Shown here: positions 55,600 to 63,862 of the stretch, one piece after another
Numbering within the stretch: the first letter of the stretch is position 1
Layout of the letters: each line of letters opens with the position of its first letter
NCBI GenBank assembly: GCA_036262075.1
Contig: DATAJO010000040.1
Location: forward strand, 2,807-66,806
Origin: Candidatus Limnocylindria bacterium
Lineage (GTDB): Bacteria; Chloroflexota; Limnocylindria; QHBO01
Direction: 5' to 3'
Length of the DNA stretch: 64,000 bases
Notes under the pieces: model-generated
Databases searched by the model: none
Told to the model about the DNA's origin: nothing
The model's input: only the letters and a program-made list of their open reading frames with translations
Program-made: the position numbers and the translations under genes

Positions 55600-57203
55600 G
55601 CATGCGCGACCTGGTCGCGCTCGCCATCGGGGCCATCGTGGCCCGAACGCTGGCAGTCGCCCTCGTCCCGTGGCCGCCGTTCACCGATCCGGCGTACTAC
55701 TCCCTCGTGGCGCAGCGGCTGGCCGAGGGCCACGGCTTCACGATCCCGGTGCTCTACAGCTTCCTCGAGGTCGGCAGCCGGATCCCGGATCCGGCGACGC
55801 TGCCGGTGGCGAGCAACGGGCACTGGATGCCGCTCACCTCGATCGTCGCGGCGGGATCGATGGCGCTGTTCGGACCGACCTACGTGGCGGGCACGATCCC
55901 GCTCGTCGTCCTGTCGGCCGCGCTCGCGCCGTTCACGTACTGGCTGGCGCTCGAGCTTGGCGCTTCGCGCGGCGCGGCCATCGCCGCCGGCATCCTCGCC
56001 ATCTTCGCCGGCCCGCTGCTGATCATGTACCCGACGACCGACAACTTCGCCGTCTTCGGGGTGGCCGGGGCCGGAAGCCTGTACGCGTCGACCCGCGCGA
56101 TCGGCGCATCGCGTCCCGGGCCGTGGCTCGTGCTCGCCGGCGCCCTGGCCGGGCTCGCCACGCTGGCACGCATCGACGGCGTTCTGCTGACGATCGCGGT
56201 CGCGACGGCCTGGTTCGTCCGCCGAGGGTGGAGCCCGTGGCGACCCGCGGTCACCGGCGGGGCGAGCGTCGCCTGGGGCGCCGCGTCGGCGCTGGCCTTC
56301 CTCGCCGTCATCGCGCCGTGGGCGGCTCGGAACCTGGCGACGTACGGCAGCCCGCTCCCGTCGGCCGGCGGCCACACGCTCTGGATCCGGACGTACAACG
56401 AGCAGTTCTCAATCGGCCACGAGGTGAGCCTCGGCACGTACCTCGACTGGGGCCTCCCGAATATCGTCGGGTCCAAGCTGACTGCCGCCGGCGAGCTGAT
56501 CGGCCGGACCGGCGTGCTCCTGGGCGGGGTGTTCCTCCTGTTCTTCGCCGCCGGGCTGTGGATGCGGCGACGAGAGCCGCGCCTCGCGCCGTTCGCGGTC
56601 TACTTCGCCGTCATGTTCGTCGCCATGGCGGGGATCTTCACGTTCCACGCCCCGAGAGGCGCCTTCTACCATTCAGCGCCGGCCTGGCTCCCCTGGGCCT
56701 TCGCGATCGGCACGATGGCCGTGGCGCCGACCGCGACGGCGGCGGGCCGGCTGTGGCCGTTCCTGCGGCGACCGGCGACGCATCGGTTCCTGCTGACGGC
56801 CGGCGTGGCGGGAGCGATCGTCCTGTCGGTCGTCGGGTCGGCGATCCTTCACGCCCAGTGGAGCCGCTCGCGCGACCGAGACGAGCAGGCGGCCGCGTAC
56901 CTGCTCGCCAACGCGGAGCGGACCGACGTCGTGATGGGCAGCGATCCGGCGAGCATCTTTCCGCTGACGCAGAACCCGGGCGTGGCGGCACCGTTCGATC
57001 CGTACCCGGTCGTCGAGGACGTCGTCGAGGCGTACGGCGTGGACTGGGTCGTCGTGTACCGCCCGGGACCGGGCGAGACGGATCCGCTCGGGCTCTGGGA
57101 CGGCGCCGCGGCGACCGACAGCGAGGGCAACCACCCGGCGTTCCTGCCCGCCGAGCCCGCGTTCGAGGGCGATGACCTGAGGATCTTCCGTGTCACGCGC
57201 TGA
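55590..57203 (+). CDS. GT-C-fold membrane glycosyltransferase (ArnT/PMT-like, GT39/GT83-type)
   Basis: N-terminal first-loop motif WPPFTDPAYYSLVAQRLAEGHGF, ~11 TM helices and a C-terminal periplasmic domain. Confidence 0.65.
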   Translation: MHPRMRDLVALAIGAIVARTLAVALVPWPPFTDPAYYSLVAQRLAEGHGFTIPVLYSFLEVGSRIPDPATLPVASNGHWMPLTSIVAAGSMALFGPTYVAGTIPLVVLSAALAPFTYWLALELGASRGAAIAAGILAIFAGPLLIMYPTTDNFAVFGVAGAGSLYASTRAIGASRPGPWLVLAGALAGLATLARIDGVLLTIAVATAWFVRRGWSPWRPAVTGGASVAWGAASALAFLAVIAPWAARNLATYGSPLPSAGGHTLWIRTYNEQFSIGHEVSLGTYLDWGLPNIVGSKLTAAGELIGRTGVLLGGVFLLFFAAGLWMRRREPRLAPFAVYFAVMFVAMAGIFTFHAPRGAFYHSAPAWLPWAFAIGTMAVAPTATAAGRLWPFLRRPATHRFLLTAGVAGAIVLSVVGSAILHAQWSRSRDRDEQAAAYLLANAERTDVVMGSDPASIFPLTQNPGVAAPFDPYPVVEDVVEAYGVDWVVVYRPGPGETDPLGLWDGAAATDSEGNHPAFLPAEPAFEGDDLRIFRVTR

Positions 57204-58686
57204 GCGCCTGGTGCTCCTGGGCGCGCTCGCCCTCGGGGTGTTCGTCCGCCTCTACCCGTCCTTCGGAGCCGATGGACCCATCGGCGACGGCGGGCTGTTC
57301 TACGCGATGGTCGAGGACGTCCGCCGGGCGGGGCTCGGGATCCCGGCGACGACCTCGTACAACGAGCTCGGCATCCCGTTCGTCTATCCGCCCCTCGCCA
57401 TCCTGGCCACCGCTGCGCTCGGGCAGGCGGCGGGGGTACCGACCCTCGACCTGCTCACCTGGGTCCCACCCCTGCTCGCCATCGCCAGCCTCGGCGCCTT
57501 CGCGCTTCTCGCCATGCGCTGCCTGCCCCCGATGGCGGCGGCGCTCGCGACCGCGACCTACGCGCTCATGCCGCACGCCTACGACTGGGTCGTGGGCGGT
57601 GGCGGGCTCACCCGCGGGCTCGGCCTCACCCTGGCCCTGCTCGCGGCCGCGGTGGCGTGCGGACGACTCCGCCGGAGGCGCGATGTCGTTCTCGCCGGAG
57701 TGCTCATCGGCGTGGCGGGGCTGTCCCACCCACAGGCGGCGATTTTCGGGTTGATGGCGGTCACCGTCCTCTCCTTCGAGCGCGACCGCGCGTGGGTGCC
57801 CCGCATCGCCGCGGTCGCGGGGATCAGCCTCATCGTCTTCGCACCCTGGCTCGCGGTCGTGGCCGCGACGCACGGGATCGGCGCCCTGCTCGCGGCCGGG
57901 AATCGCCTCGAGCCGGCCATCGGCCTCGTTCGCCTGCTCAACCTGGAGTTCGCGGGCGCACCGTTCATGAACGTCTTCGTCGTCCCCGCGACCGTCGGCA
58001 TCTTCCTCGCCGTCGTGCGCGGCAGCTGGCGGATCCTCGTGCTCCTGCTCCTGACGTATCTCCTCGGCGCCGGAGGCGGCGAGTACCTCGCCGCGGTTCC
58101 GTGGTCGCTGCTCGCCGGTATCGGCGCGGCGGGGATCGTGGACCTCGTGGCACGGGATTGGCGGTTGCCAAGGGGCAGCCGCCTCCCGGTTACGCTCGGA
58201 AGCACGGCGCTGCTCGTGCTCCTTGCCATCATCGGCTCGATCGGTTCGTCGGCTGATCGGTCCTCCAAGCTCCAGGCCCTGGGGTCCGATCGGCTGGAAG
58301 CCATGCGCTGGGCCGCGGACAACCTGTCGTCCGACGCCGGGATCGTGGTCGCCACGGTGGACGTCTGGGGCGACGACGAGATCAGCGAATGGCTGCCGGC
58401 CATCGCGGGCCGGCACAGCATCGGGACGGTCCAGGGATCGGAGTGGCTCGGCGTCGACGGGTTCGAGCGCCAGCTCGCAGCCCATGAGGCGATCCGCGAT
58501 TGTGCCGGCCATACCGCCGCCTGCTATCGGGCTGTTGCCCCGGACGCGGTCATCTTCGTGCCGAAGGGGCCGATCGCCGGGCCGCTGTCGCAGGACGACT
58601 GCTGTCCGGCACTCCGCGAGACGCTCGAGGATGACGGCTACGAGATCGTGTACGACGGGCCGGGGGCAACGATCGCGATCCCCTGA
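57190..58686 (+). CDS. Polytopic membrane protein, putative GT-C-like glycosyltransferase
   Basis: 498 aa, ~11 TM in the first 330 aa plus a C-terminal soluble domain with Cys pairs. GTG overlaps the upstream gene. Confidence 0.55.
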   Translation: MSRAERLVLLGALALGVFVRLYPSFGADGPIGDGGLFYAMVEDVRRAGLGIPATTSYNELGIPFVYPPLAILATAALGQAAGVPTLDLLTWVPPLLAIASLGAFALLAMRCLPPMAAALATATYALMPHAYDWVVGGGGLTRGLGLTLALLAAAVACGRLRRRRDVVLAGVLIGVAGLSHPQAAIFGLMAVTVLSFERDRAWVPRIAAVAGISLIVFAPWLAVVAATHGIGALLAAGNRLEPAIGLVRLLNLEFAGAPFMNVFVVPATVGIFLAVVRGSWRILVLLLLTYLLGAGGGEYLAAVPWSLLAGIGAAGIVDLVARDWRLPRGSRLPVTLGSTALLVLLAIIGSIGSSADRSSKLQALGSDRLEAMRWAADNLSSDAGIVVATVDVWGDDEISEWLPAIAGRHSIGTVQGSEWLGVDGFERQLAAHEAIRDCAGHTAACYRAVAPDAVIFVPKGPIAGPLSQDDCCPALRETLEDDGYEIVYDGPGATIAIP

Positions 58687-58689
58687 GCG

Positions 58690-58809
58690 TGCGCACGAAG
58701 GGGCGGTAGTACTTCCGGCGCCCAAAGTACTGTTGCTCGTATGCATCGCGCGCCGACAGCATGGCGCCGGCGTCCGGTACTAGCCCGGACCCGGTACTCA
58801 AGGGGAACC
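58690..58809 (+). promoter_or_regulatory. Lower-GC intergenic region with inverted repeat AGTACTT-N10-AAGTACT and direct repeats CCGGTACT x2 upstream of the DegS/DegU-like operon
   Basis: Read directly: gtAGTACTTccggcgcccaAAGTACTg ... CCGGTACTagcccggacCCGGTACTcaaGGGGAaccATG. SD AAGGGGA lies before the ATG at 58810. Confidence 0.35.
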
Positions 58810-59829
58810 ATGCACCAGAACCCGGCGACGCGAGCAGGCCAGGAGCGGTTCGACCGCATCGGCGCCGAGGCCATCGAGAGCCTCCGCGGCGACGCGCGCC
58901 GCGTCCACGACCTCGCCGAGCAGTTCCGGTCCCAGTACCGGAGCGACCTCGAGGAGTGGATGCAGCTCCGGGCACGCCTCGACCACCGCGGCGGAACCCT
59001 CCGTCCGGTCGGGACCGATGCGCTGCGCGCCGAGTACGAGGCCCGCGGCCGCGAGCTCGCGGCGCTCCAGTCGCGCCTGAAGCGGCTCGACGTCGTCGCC
59101 AAGCAGCTCGACCTGCTGTTCACCTACCTCGAGTCCAACGAGGACGTCGCCGAGGAGCCGGGGCCCATGGCCGACGACTCGCCGGCGACGATGGGCCTGC
59201 GCATCATCGAGGCCCAGGAGGGCGAGCGGCAGCGCATGGCCGAGGACATCCACGACGGCCCGGCGCAGGTGCTGACGAACGCGATCTTCCAGGTCGAGTA
59301 CCTCGACCGCATGCTCGACCCGGACGAGCGCGAGGCCCACGCGGAGCTCGCCTTCCTGCGCGACATGCTGCGCGGCGGGCTCGAGGAGGTGCGCTCGTTC
59401 ATCGCCGACCTGCGGCCACCCACCACCGACGTGCCGCTGACACAGACGCTCGCCACCCGCGCCCGGCAGCTCGAGGAGCGCCACGGCATCGCCGTCGACG
59501 TCGAGGTCGACGGGCTCGACGAGCGGCTGACGCAGCCGCAGCGCGCATCGGTCCTGCGCATCGTGCAGGAGGCATTGCAGAACGTTCGAAAGCACGCGGC
59601 GGCCAGCCGCGTATCCATCGGCCTCGAGGCAGACACCCTCGTGATCGCCGATAACGGTCGGGGCTTCGACGTCATCCGGCTCGCGTCCGCGCGTGGCCGG
59701 AGCTTCGGGCTCCAGTTCATGCGCGAACGCGCCGAGCTCATGGGGGGTGAGCTGCGGATCGAGTCGCGCCAGGGAGAGGGCACCCGCATCCTGCTGCGCC
59801 TGCCGGCGTCGCAGGTCGTGTCACGGTAA
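58810..59829 (+). CDS. Cytoplasmic sensor histidine kinase, HisKA_3/HATPase_c type (DegS-like)
   Basis: N-terminal coiled-coil region, H-box EGERQRMAEDIHDGPAQVL (HisKA_3) and a C-terminal ATPase (DNGRGFD...SFGLQFMRERAELMGGEL). Confidence 0.88.
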   Translation: MHQNPATRAGQERFDRIGAEAIESLRGDARRVHDLAEQFRSQYRSDLEEWMQLRARLDHRGGTLRPVGTDALRAEYEARGRELAALQSRLKRLDVVAKQLDLLFTYLESNEDVAEEPGPMADDSPATMGLRIIEAQEGERQRMAEDIHDGPAQVLTNAIFQVEYLDRMLDPDEREAHAELAFLRDMLRGGLEEVRSFIADLRPPTTDVPLTQTLATRARQLEERHGIAVDVEVDGLDERLTQPQRASVLRIVQEALQNVRKHAAASRVSIGLEADTLVIADNGRGFDVIRLASARGRSFGLQFMRERAELMGGELRIESRQGEGTRILLRLPASQVVSR

Positions 59830-59839
59830 GGAGGAGACC

Positions 59840-60598
59840 ATGGTGGACACCCAGAACGAGACCCAGGAGGAGACGCGGACCGATGAGCGTCGCCGTGGCG
59901 GCGATCGCCGGGCCACCGGCAAGACGCGCGTCGTCATCGTCGACGGCCACACGCTCTTCCGGCGCGGCGTCCGGAACATCCTCGAGCTCGAGAACGACAT
60001 CGAGGTCGTGGGCGAGGCCGGCAGCGGGCGCGAGGCGCTCGCCACCGTCGAGGAGCTGACGCCGGACGTCGTCCTCATGGACCTCGGCCTGCCGGCTCCG
60101 AACGGCATCGAGACCACCCAGCGCCTGAAGCGCGAGCTGCCGCACACCGGCGTCATCGTGCTCGCCAGCAACGACGACGAGGACCAGCTGTTCGACGCCA
60201 TCAAGGCGGGCGCGGCTGCCTACGTCCTCAAGGACATCGATCCCACCGACCTCATCGCCATCATCCGGCGCGTGCGGTCGGGCGAGTACCTCATCAACGA
60301 CAAGGTCTTCGCCAAGCCCGCCGTCGCCAGCCGCGTGCTCAAGGAGTTCCGCGAGCTGGCTGTCTACGGCGCCGAGGCGCAGCCCATCTTCGCGCCGCTT
60401 TCGCCGCGCGAGGTCGAGATCCTGGACAACATCGCCCAGGGCATGACGAACAAGCAGGTGGCCTACGCCCTCTCGATCAGCGAGCAGACGGTGAAGAACC
60501 ACATGTCGTCGATCCTGCGCAAGCTGTCGGTCAACGACCGCACCCAGGCCGTCGTGTACGCGATGCGCCAGGGCTGGATCAAGATCCCGGAGGACTGA
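59840..60598 (+). CDS. NarL/FixJ (LuxR)-family response regulator (DegU-like)
   Basis: REC domain (VVIVDGHTLFRRG...DVVLMDLGLPAPNG). C-terminal LuxR-type HTH (LSPREVEILDNIAQGMTNKQVAYALSISEQTVKNHMSSILRKL). SD GGAGGAG lies before the ATG. Confidence 0.92.
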   Translation: MVDTQNETQEETRTDERRRGGDRRATGKTRVVIVDGHTLFRRGVRNILELENDIEVVGEAGSGREALATVEELTPDVVLMDLGLPAPNGIETTQRLKRELPHTGVIVLASNDDEDQLFDAIKAGAAAYVLKDIDPTDLIAIIRRVRSGEYLINDKVFAKPAVASRVLKEFRELAVYGAEAQPIFAPLSPREVEILDNIAQGMTNKQVAYALSISEQTVKNHMSSILRKLSVNDRTQAVVYAMRQGWIKIPED

Positions 60599-60661
60599 GC
60601 CACGACCTCCTTCCGTACCTCGAGAGGCCGCGGTGCTAACCGCGGCTCTCTCATTTCCTGA

Positions 60662-62101
60662 ATGACCCAAGAACCTCTGTCCGGGCGCCAATCGGGATCC
60701 GCTTTCCCCTGGTATCCGGTCGCTCTCGCCGCGGCCGTCGTACTGGGTGCCTACACGGCGAACCAGGTGCCACTCGACCAAGTCTGGCGACCGCTCACGG
60801 TCAGCCTGACGATCGTCGCGACTGTACTCGTGGGCGCCGCCCTGGTAGGCCGATCACACGGAGTGTCGCTCACGCTAGCTGGGTCCGTGCTTCTCGTGGT
60901 CGGACTTTGGCCGGTCCTCCTCTTGCTGATCGGAGCCGTGATCGCTCTCGGATGGTGGACCGTCCGCAACCGAGCCGGCTCCGTGCGCCTCGCCGAGCTG
61001 GCGCCGAAGCTGAACGTGGTCGCGAGCATGTGGCTCGTTGTTTCGATCGTGCTCACCGCAGCGACCGCAACGGCGCGACCCACCGTTGAACCGACGTCTG
61101 CACTTGCCGTTGCCCGATCCCCAGCTTCACGCCCAAATGTGTACCTCCTCCTTCTCGATGGCTATCCGCGCGCTGATTCGCTGCGTGAGTACTTCAACTA
61201 CGGCAACGACCCGTTCATTCACGACCTTGAGGATCGCGGGTTCGTCATCGCCGCCGGATCACGCGCGGCAGCAACGACGACGTTTCAGTCGGTTCCGAGC
61301 TTGCTGCATATGCGGTCGCCGGCTGCGCTGGGCCTCGTGCCGTTCTACAGCACGCCGGCAGAGAGAACCCACGTTAGGGACCTCATCAACGAGTCACCGG
61401 CAGTCGCTACGTTTCGGGAGGCCGGGTACTCGGTCGTCAGCATTCCGTCGGGAGCGGGACCCCTGGAGCTCAGGGACGCTGACGTCGTCGTGGAAGTCGC
61501 TCCGTTGTCGGCACTTGAAACAAGTCTCATCGACGGCGGGATCGTCAATGTGGTCGCGACGAATGCGCTCTACGAGATTCGGCGCCGGACAGTTGACGCG
61601 GCCTTCGATGCTTTCGCTTCGTCACCTTCTCTCGCCCCGAGTCCCCGATTCGTCTTTGCGCACGTCATGAGTCCACATGCCCCATTTGCGTTCTCTAGCA
61701 CGGGTGCGGCCTTGCCCCCGCTGGCGTGCGCACCCTGGTGCGACATGGGGACGGCTCAGTTGCCCGCCCTCGGAATGACGATGGAGGAGATCGCGGGCCC
61801 ATTGATCGGGCAGCTGGAGTATGTCAATGGACGTGTATTGGAGGCGGTCGACGCAGTGGTCGCGCATGACCCTGATGCGGTGATCGTCATCTTCTCTGAC
61901 CACGGCGCGCGCTTGGATCCAGATGATGTCGAAGAGTGGCATCGCACCTTCTTCGCTGCGAGACTCCCCGGAACGCCAAACGCATTTGGGGATTCACCGA
62001 CGCTGGCGACCGTGCTCAGCACCCTCTTCGACGTGTACTTCGACAAAGGGACTACCGCTCGAGCGACAGGACACCGTCCGCCACAGTCGAACACGCGTTG
62101 A
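60662..62101 (+). CDS. Membrane-anchored alkaline-phosphatase-superfamily protein, paralog D
   Basis: Blocks LLLDGYPRADSL ... FAHVMSPHAPFAF ... IVIFSDHG. GC3 is visibly lower than in neighbouring genes. Confidence 0.7.
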   Translation: MTQEPLSGRQSGSAFPWYPVALAAAVVLGAYTANQVPLDQVWRPLTVSLTIVATVLVGAALVGRSHGVSLTLAGSVLLVVGLWPVLLLLIGAVIALGWWTVRNRAGSVRLAELAPKLNVVASMWLVVSIVLTAATATARPTVEPTSALAVARSPASRPNVYLLLLDGYPRADSLREYFNYGNDPFIHDLEDRGFVIAAGSRAAATTTFQSVPSLLHMRSPAALGLVPFYSTPAERTHVRDLINESPAVATFREAGYSVVSIPSGAGPLELRDADVVVEVAPLSALETSLIDGGIVNVVATNALYEIRRRTVDAAFDAFASSPSLAPSPRFVFAHVMSPHAPFAFSSTGAALPPLACAPWCDMGTAQLPALGMTMEEIAGPLIGQLEYVNGRVLEAVDAVVAHDPDAVIVIFSDHGARLDPDDVEEWHRTFFAARLPGTPNAFGDSPTLATVLSTLFDVYFDKGTTARATGHRPPQSNTR

Positions 62102-62120
62102 CGACGGGCAGCGGAAGGTA

Positions 62121-62148
62121 TTGCAATTTGTCCTATGGGGGTCATAAT
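62121..62148 (+). promoter_or_regulatory. Sigma-70-type promoter TTGCAA-N16-CATAAT with ~255-nt 5' leader for the SLH protein gene
   Basis: Read directly: TTGCAA 62121-62126, CATAAT 62143-62148. SD GGAGGAG at 62391-62397 lies before the ATG at 62410. Confidence 0.4.
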
Positions 62149-62409
62149 CGCGGGCGGACCACCCCGATCAATGTGCCCAGGTCGCCCATCACGACCTTAT
62201 ACCCGCGCAGGACTATTGCCGCGCGGTCCCGACCTTGGGCACGGGGGAGCCGAGGGAGGGAGGTGACGCTCGCTAGGACCACGGCCGCATGGCCGGGACC
62301 GAGCGAACCTACGAGCGATCGCGCGGGGGACCAGCCCCGACTCCCATGCCCGTGGTAGGCCCAAGCTTGCCGCTATCTCCATCTCATTCCACGGAGGAGT
62401 CATTTCGCA

Positions 62410-63561
62410 ATGATTCGACGCTTTGGCGCGGTCCTCATCGGCCTCGCCCTCACGCTGCCGCTCTCGCTGTCGGCGGTGACCGCCCACACCACGGCCGGTG
62501 TGACGGTCGACTATGACGTCGTCGGTGACACGATCGTCGGCACCGTCACCAACCACACGAGCACGCGGCTGGCCGGCATTGACGTCACCGCGACCTGGGA
62601 CGAGACGCCGGATCCCGACGTCACCGCCACAGGGCCTGTCCTTGTCACGAACCTCGCACCGCATGCGGCGTCACCATTCGAGCTTGCCGTCCCGGATGAG
62701 GCAGACGGGCTGACGCTGACAAGCGTCACGGCAGCAGGAACGGTTTCCGGGACAAAGCCGATCGGCGGACTCGACCTGGCCGGCAGCCTGACCGGGGACA
62801 CGTACAACGGCACGATTCACAACGAGTCGGCCTCGAACGGCACCAACATCGTCGTGTACGCGGTCCGCAGCGACGGCACCGGCTTCGAGGATGCCGCCGA
62901 GTCGGCTCCGGTCACTGTGAATGCCGGCGTGTCCGGCGCCGCATTCACCATCAACTTCGACGCCGCCGGCGACGGGACGACCGTCTATCTCATCGCCAAG
63001 ACCAGCGCCGGCGCGTTCCTGACGAGCTGGAACAACTTCTTCGGCGACCTCGGCAAGACGGCGTTCAAGAGCGAGATCGAGTTCCTCGCCGACGAGGGCA
63101 TCACCCTCGGCTGCGGGAACGCGAACTTCTGCCCGACGTCGAACGTGACGCGCGAGCAGATGGCGCTCTTCCTCGTCCGCGCGCAGCCGACGGTGTTCGA
63201 CGACCCAACTCCGTACGGCTTCACCGACATCGACCACCTGTCGCAGGCGTCGCAGGATGCGATCAACGCCCTCGCCAATGCCGATGTCTCGGGCGGCTGC
63301 TCGCTGGAGCCGCTCAAGTACTGCCCGAAGAGCTCGGTCACGCGCGGCCAGATGTCGAAGTTCATCGCCCTCGCGTACGACCTGCCGCCAGCGACGGACG
63401 ACTACTTCACCGACGACGAAGGCCACTTCTCTGAGGACTTCAACAACCAGATGTTCGAGGCCAGCATCACCTCGGGATGCGGCACGGACAAGTACTGCCC
63501 GAGCTCGACGCTCAAGCGTGAGCAGATGGCGAAGTTCCTGTTCGAGGCCGAGACCCCGTAG
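62410..63561 (+). CDS. Secreted cell-surface protein with three C-terminal SLH (S-layer homology) domains
   Basis: Signal peptide (MIRRFGAVLIGLALTLPLSLSAVTA). Thr/Val/Gly-rich beta-rich region, then three ~55-aa repeats with SLH hallmarks (F.D......A...L....I..GC....YCP...VTR.QMA.F). Confidence 0.75.
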   Translation: MIRRFGAVLIGLALTLPLSLSAVTAHTTAGVTVDYDVVGDTIVGTVTNHTSTRLAGIDVTATWDETPDPDVTATGPVLVTNLAPHAASPFELAVPDEADGLTLTSVTAAGTVSGTKPIGGLDLAGSLTGDTYNGTIHNESASNGTNIVVYAVRSDGTGFEDAAESAPVTVNAGVSGAAFTINFDAAGDGTTVYLIAKTSAGAFLTSWNNFFGDLGKTAFKSEIEFLADEGITLGCGNANFCPTSNVTREQMALFLVRAQPTVFDDPTPYGFTDIDHLSQASQDAINALANADVSGGCSLEPLKYCPKSSVTRGQMSKFIALAYDLPPATDDYFTDDEGHFSEDFNNQMFEASITSGCGTDKYCPSSTLKREQMAKFLFEAETP

Positions 63562-63581
63562 TCGACGCCTGAACCCAAGCG

Positions 63582-63612
63582 AGGAGAGCCCGAGTCGTCG
63601 ACTCGGGCTCTC
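63582..63612 (+). terminator. Strong hairpin terminator GAGAGCCCGAGTCG-T-CGACTCGGGCTCTC followed by TTCATAT
   Basis: Read directly: 14-bp perfect inverted repeat 20 nt after the SLH gene stop. Confidence 0.6.
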
Positions 63613-63824
63613 TTCATATGCCCCCACCCGGCGGACCTCGGAGGACCGCCGACCCGTGCCTCGCCGGCTCGGAAGTAAGGCATCGCTCGGTACGGGAGTC
63701 CCGTATCGGCTTGCGGGCGCGCGGCGCAGCATGCCTGCACGTCGTCACGGGTATCCGCGGCGACCTTCATCTGGGGGGTCGACGGCTCAGCGTCGGCCCC
63801 CAGGGTCTCCTCCTCCGGTGCCGG

Positions 63825-63862
63825 GAAGCCGCCTCGCAAGGGGCGGCTTCTCCGTTCTTTCG
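63825..63862 (+). terminator. Second hairpin (GAAGCCGCC-N8-GGCGGCTTC) followed by TCCGTTCTTTCG
   Basis: Read directly: 9-bp perfect stem with a U-rich tail, inside an apparently non-coding, highly structured 380-nt tail region. Confidence 0.35.
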
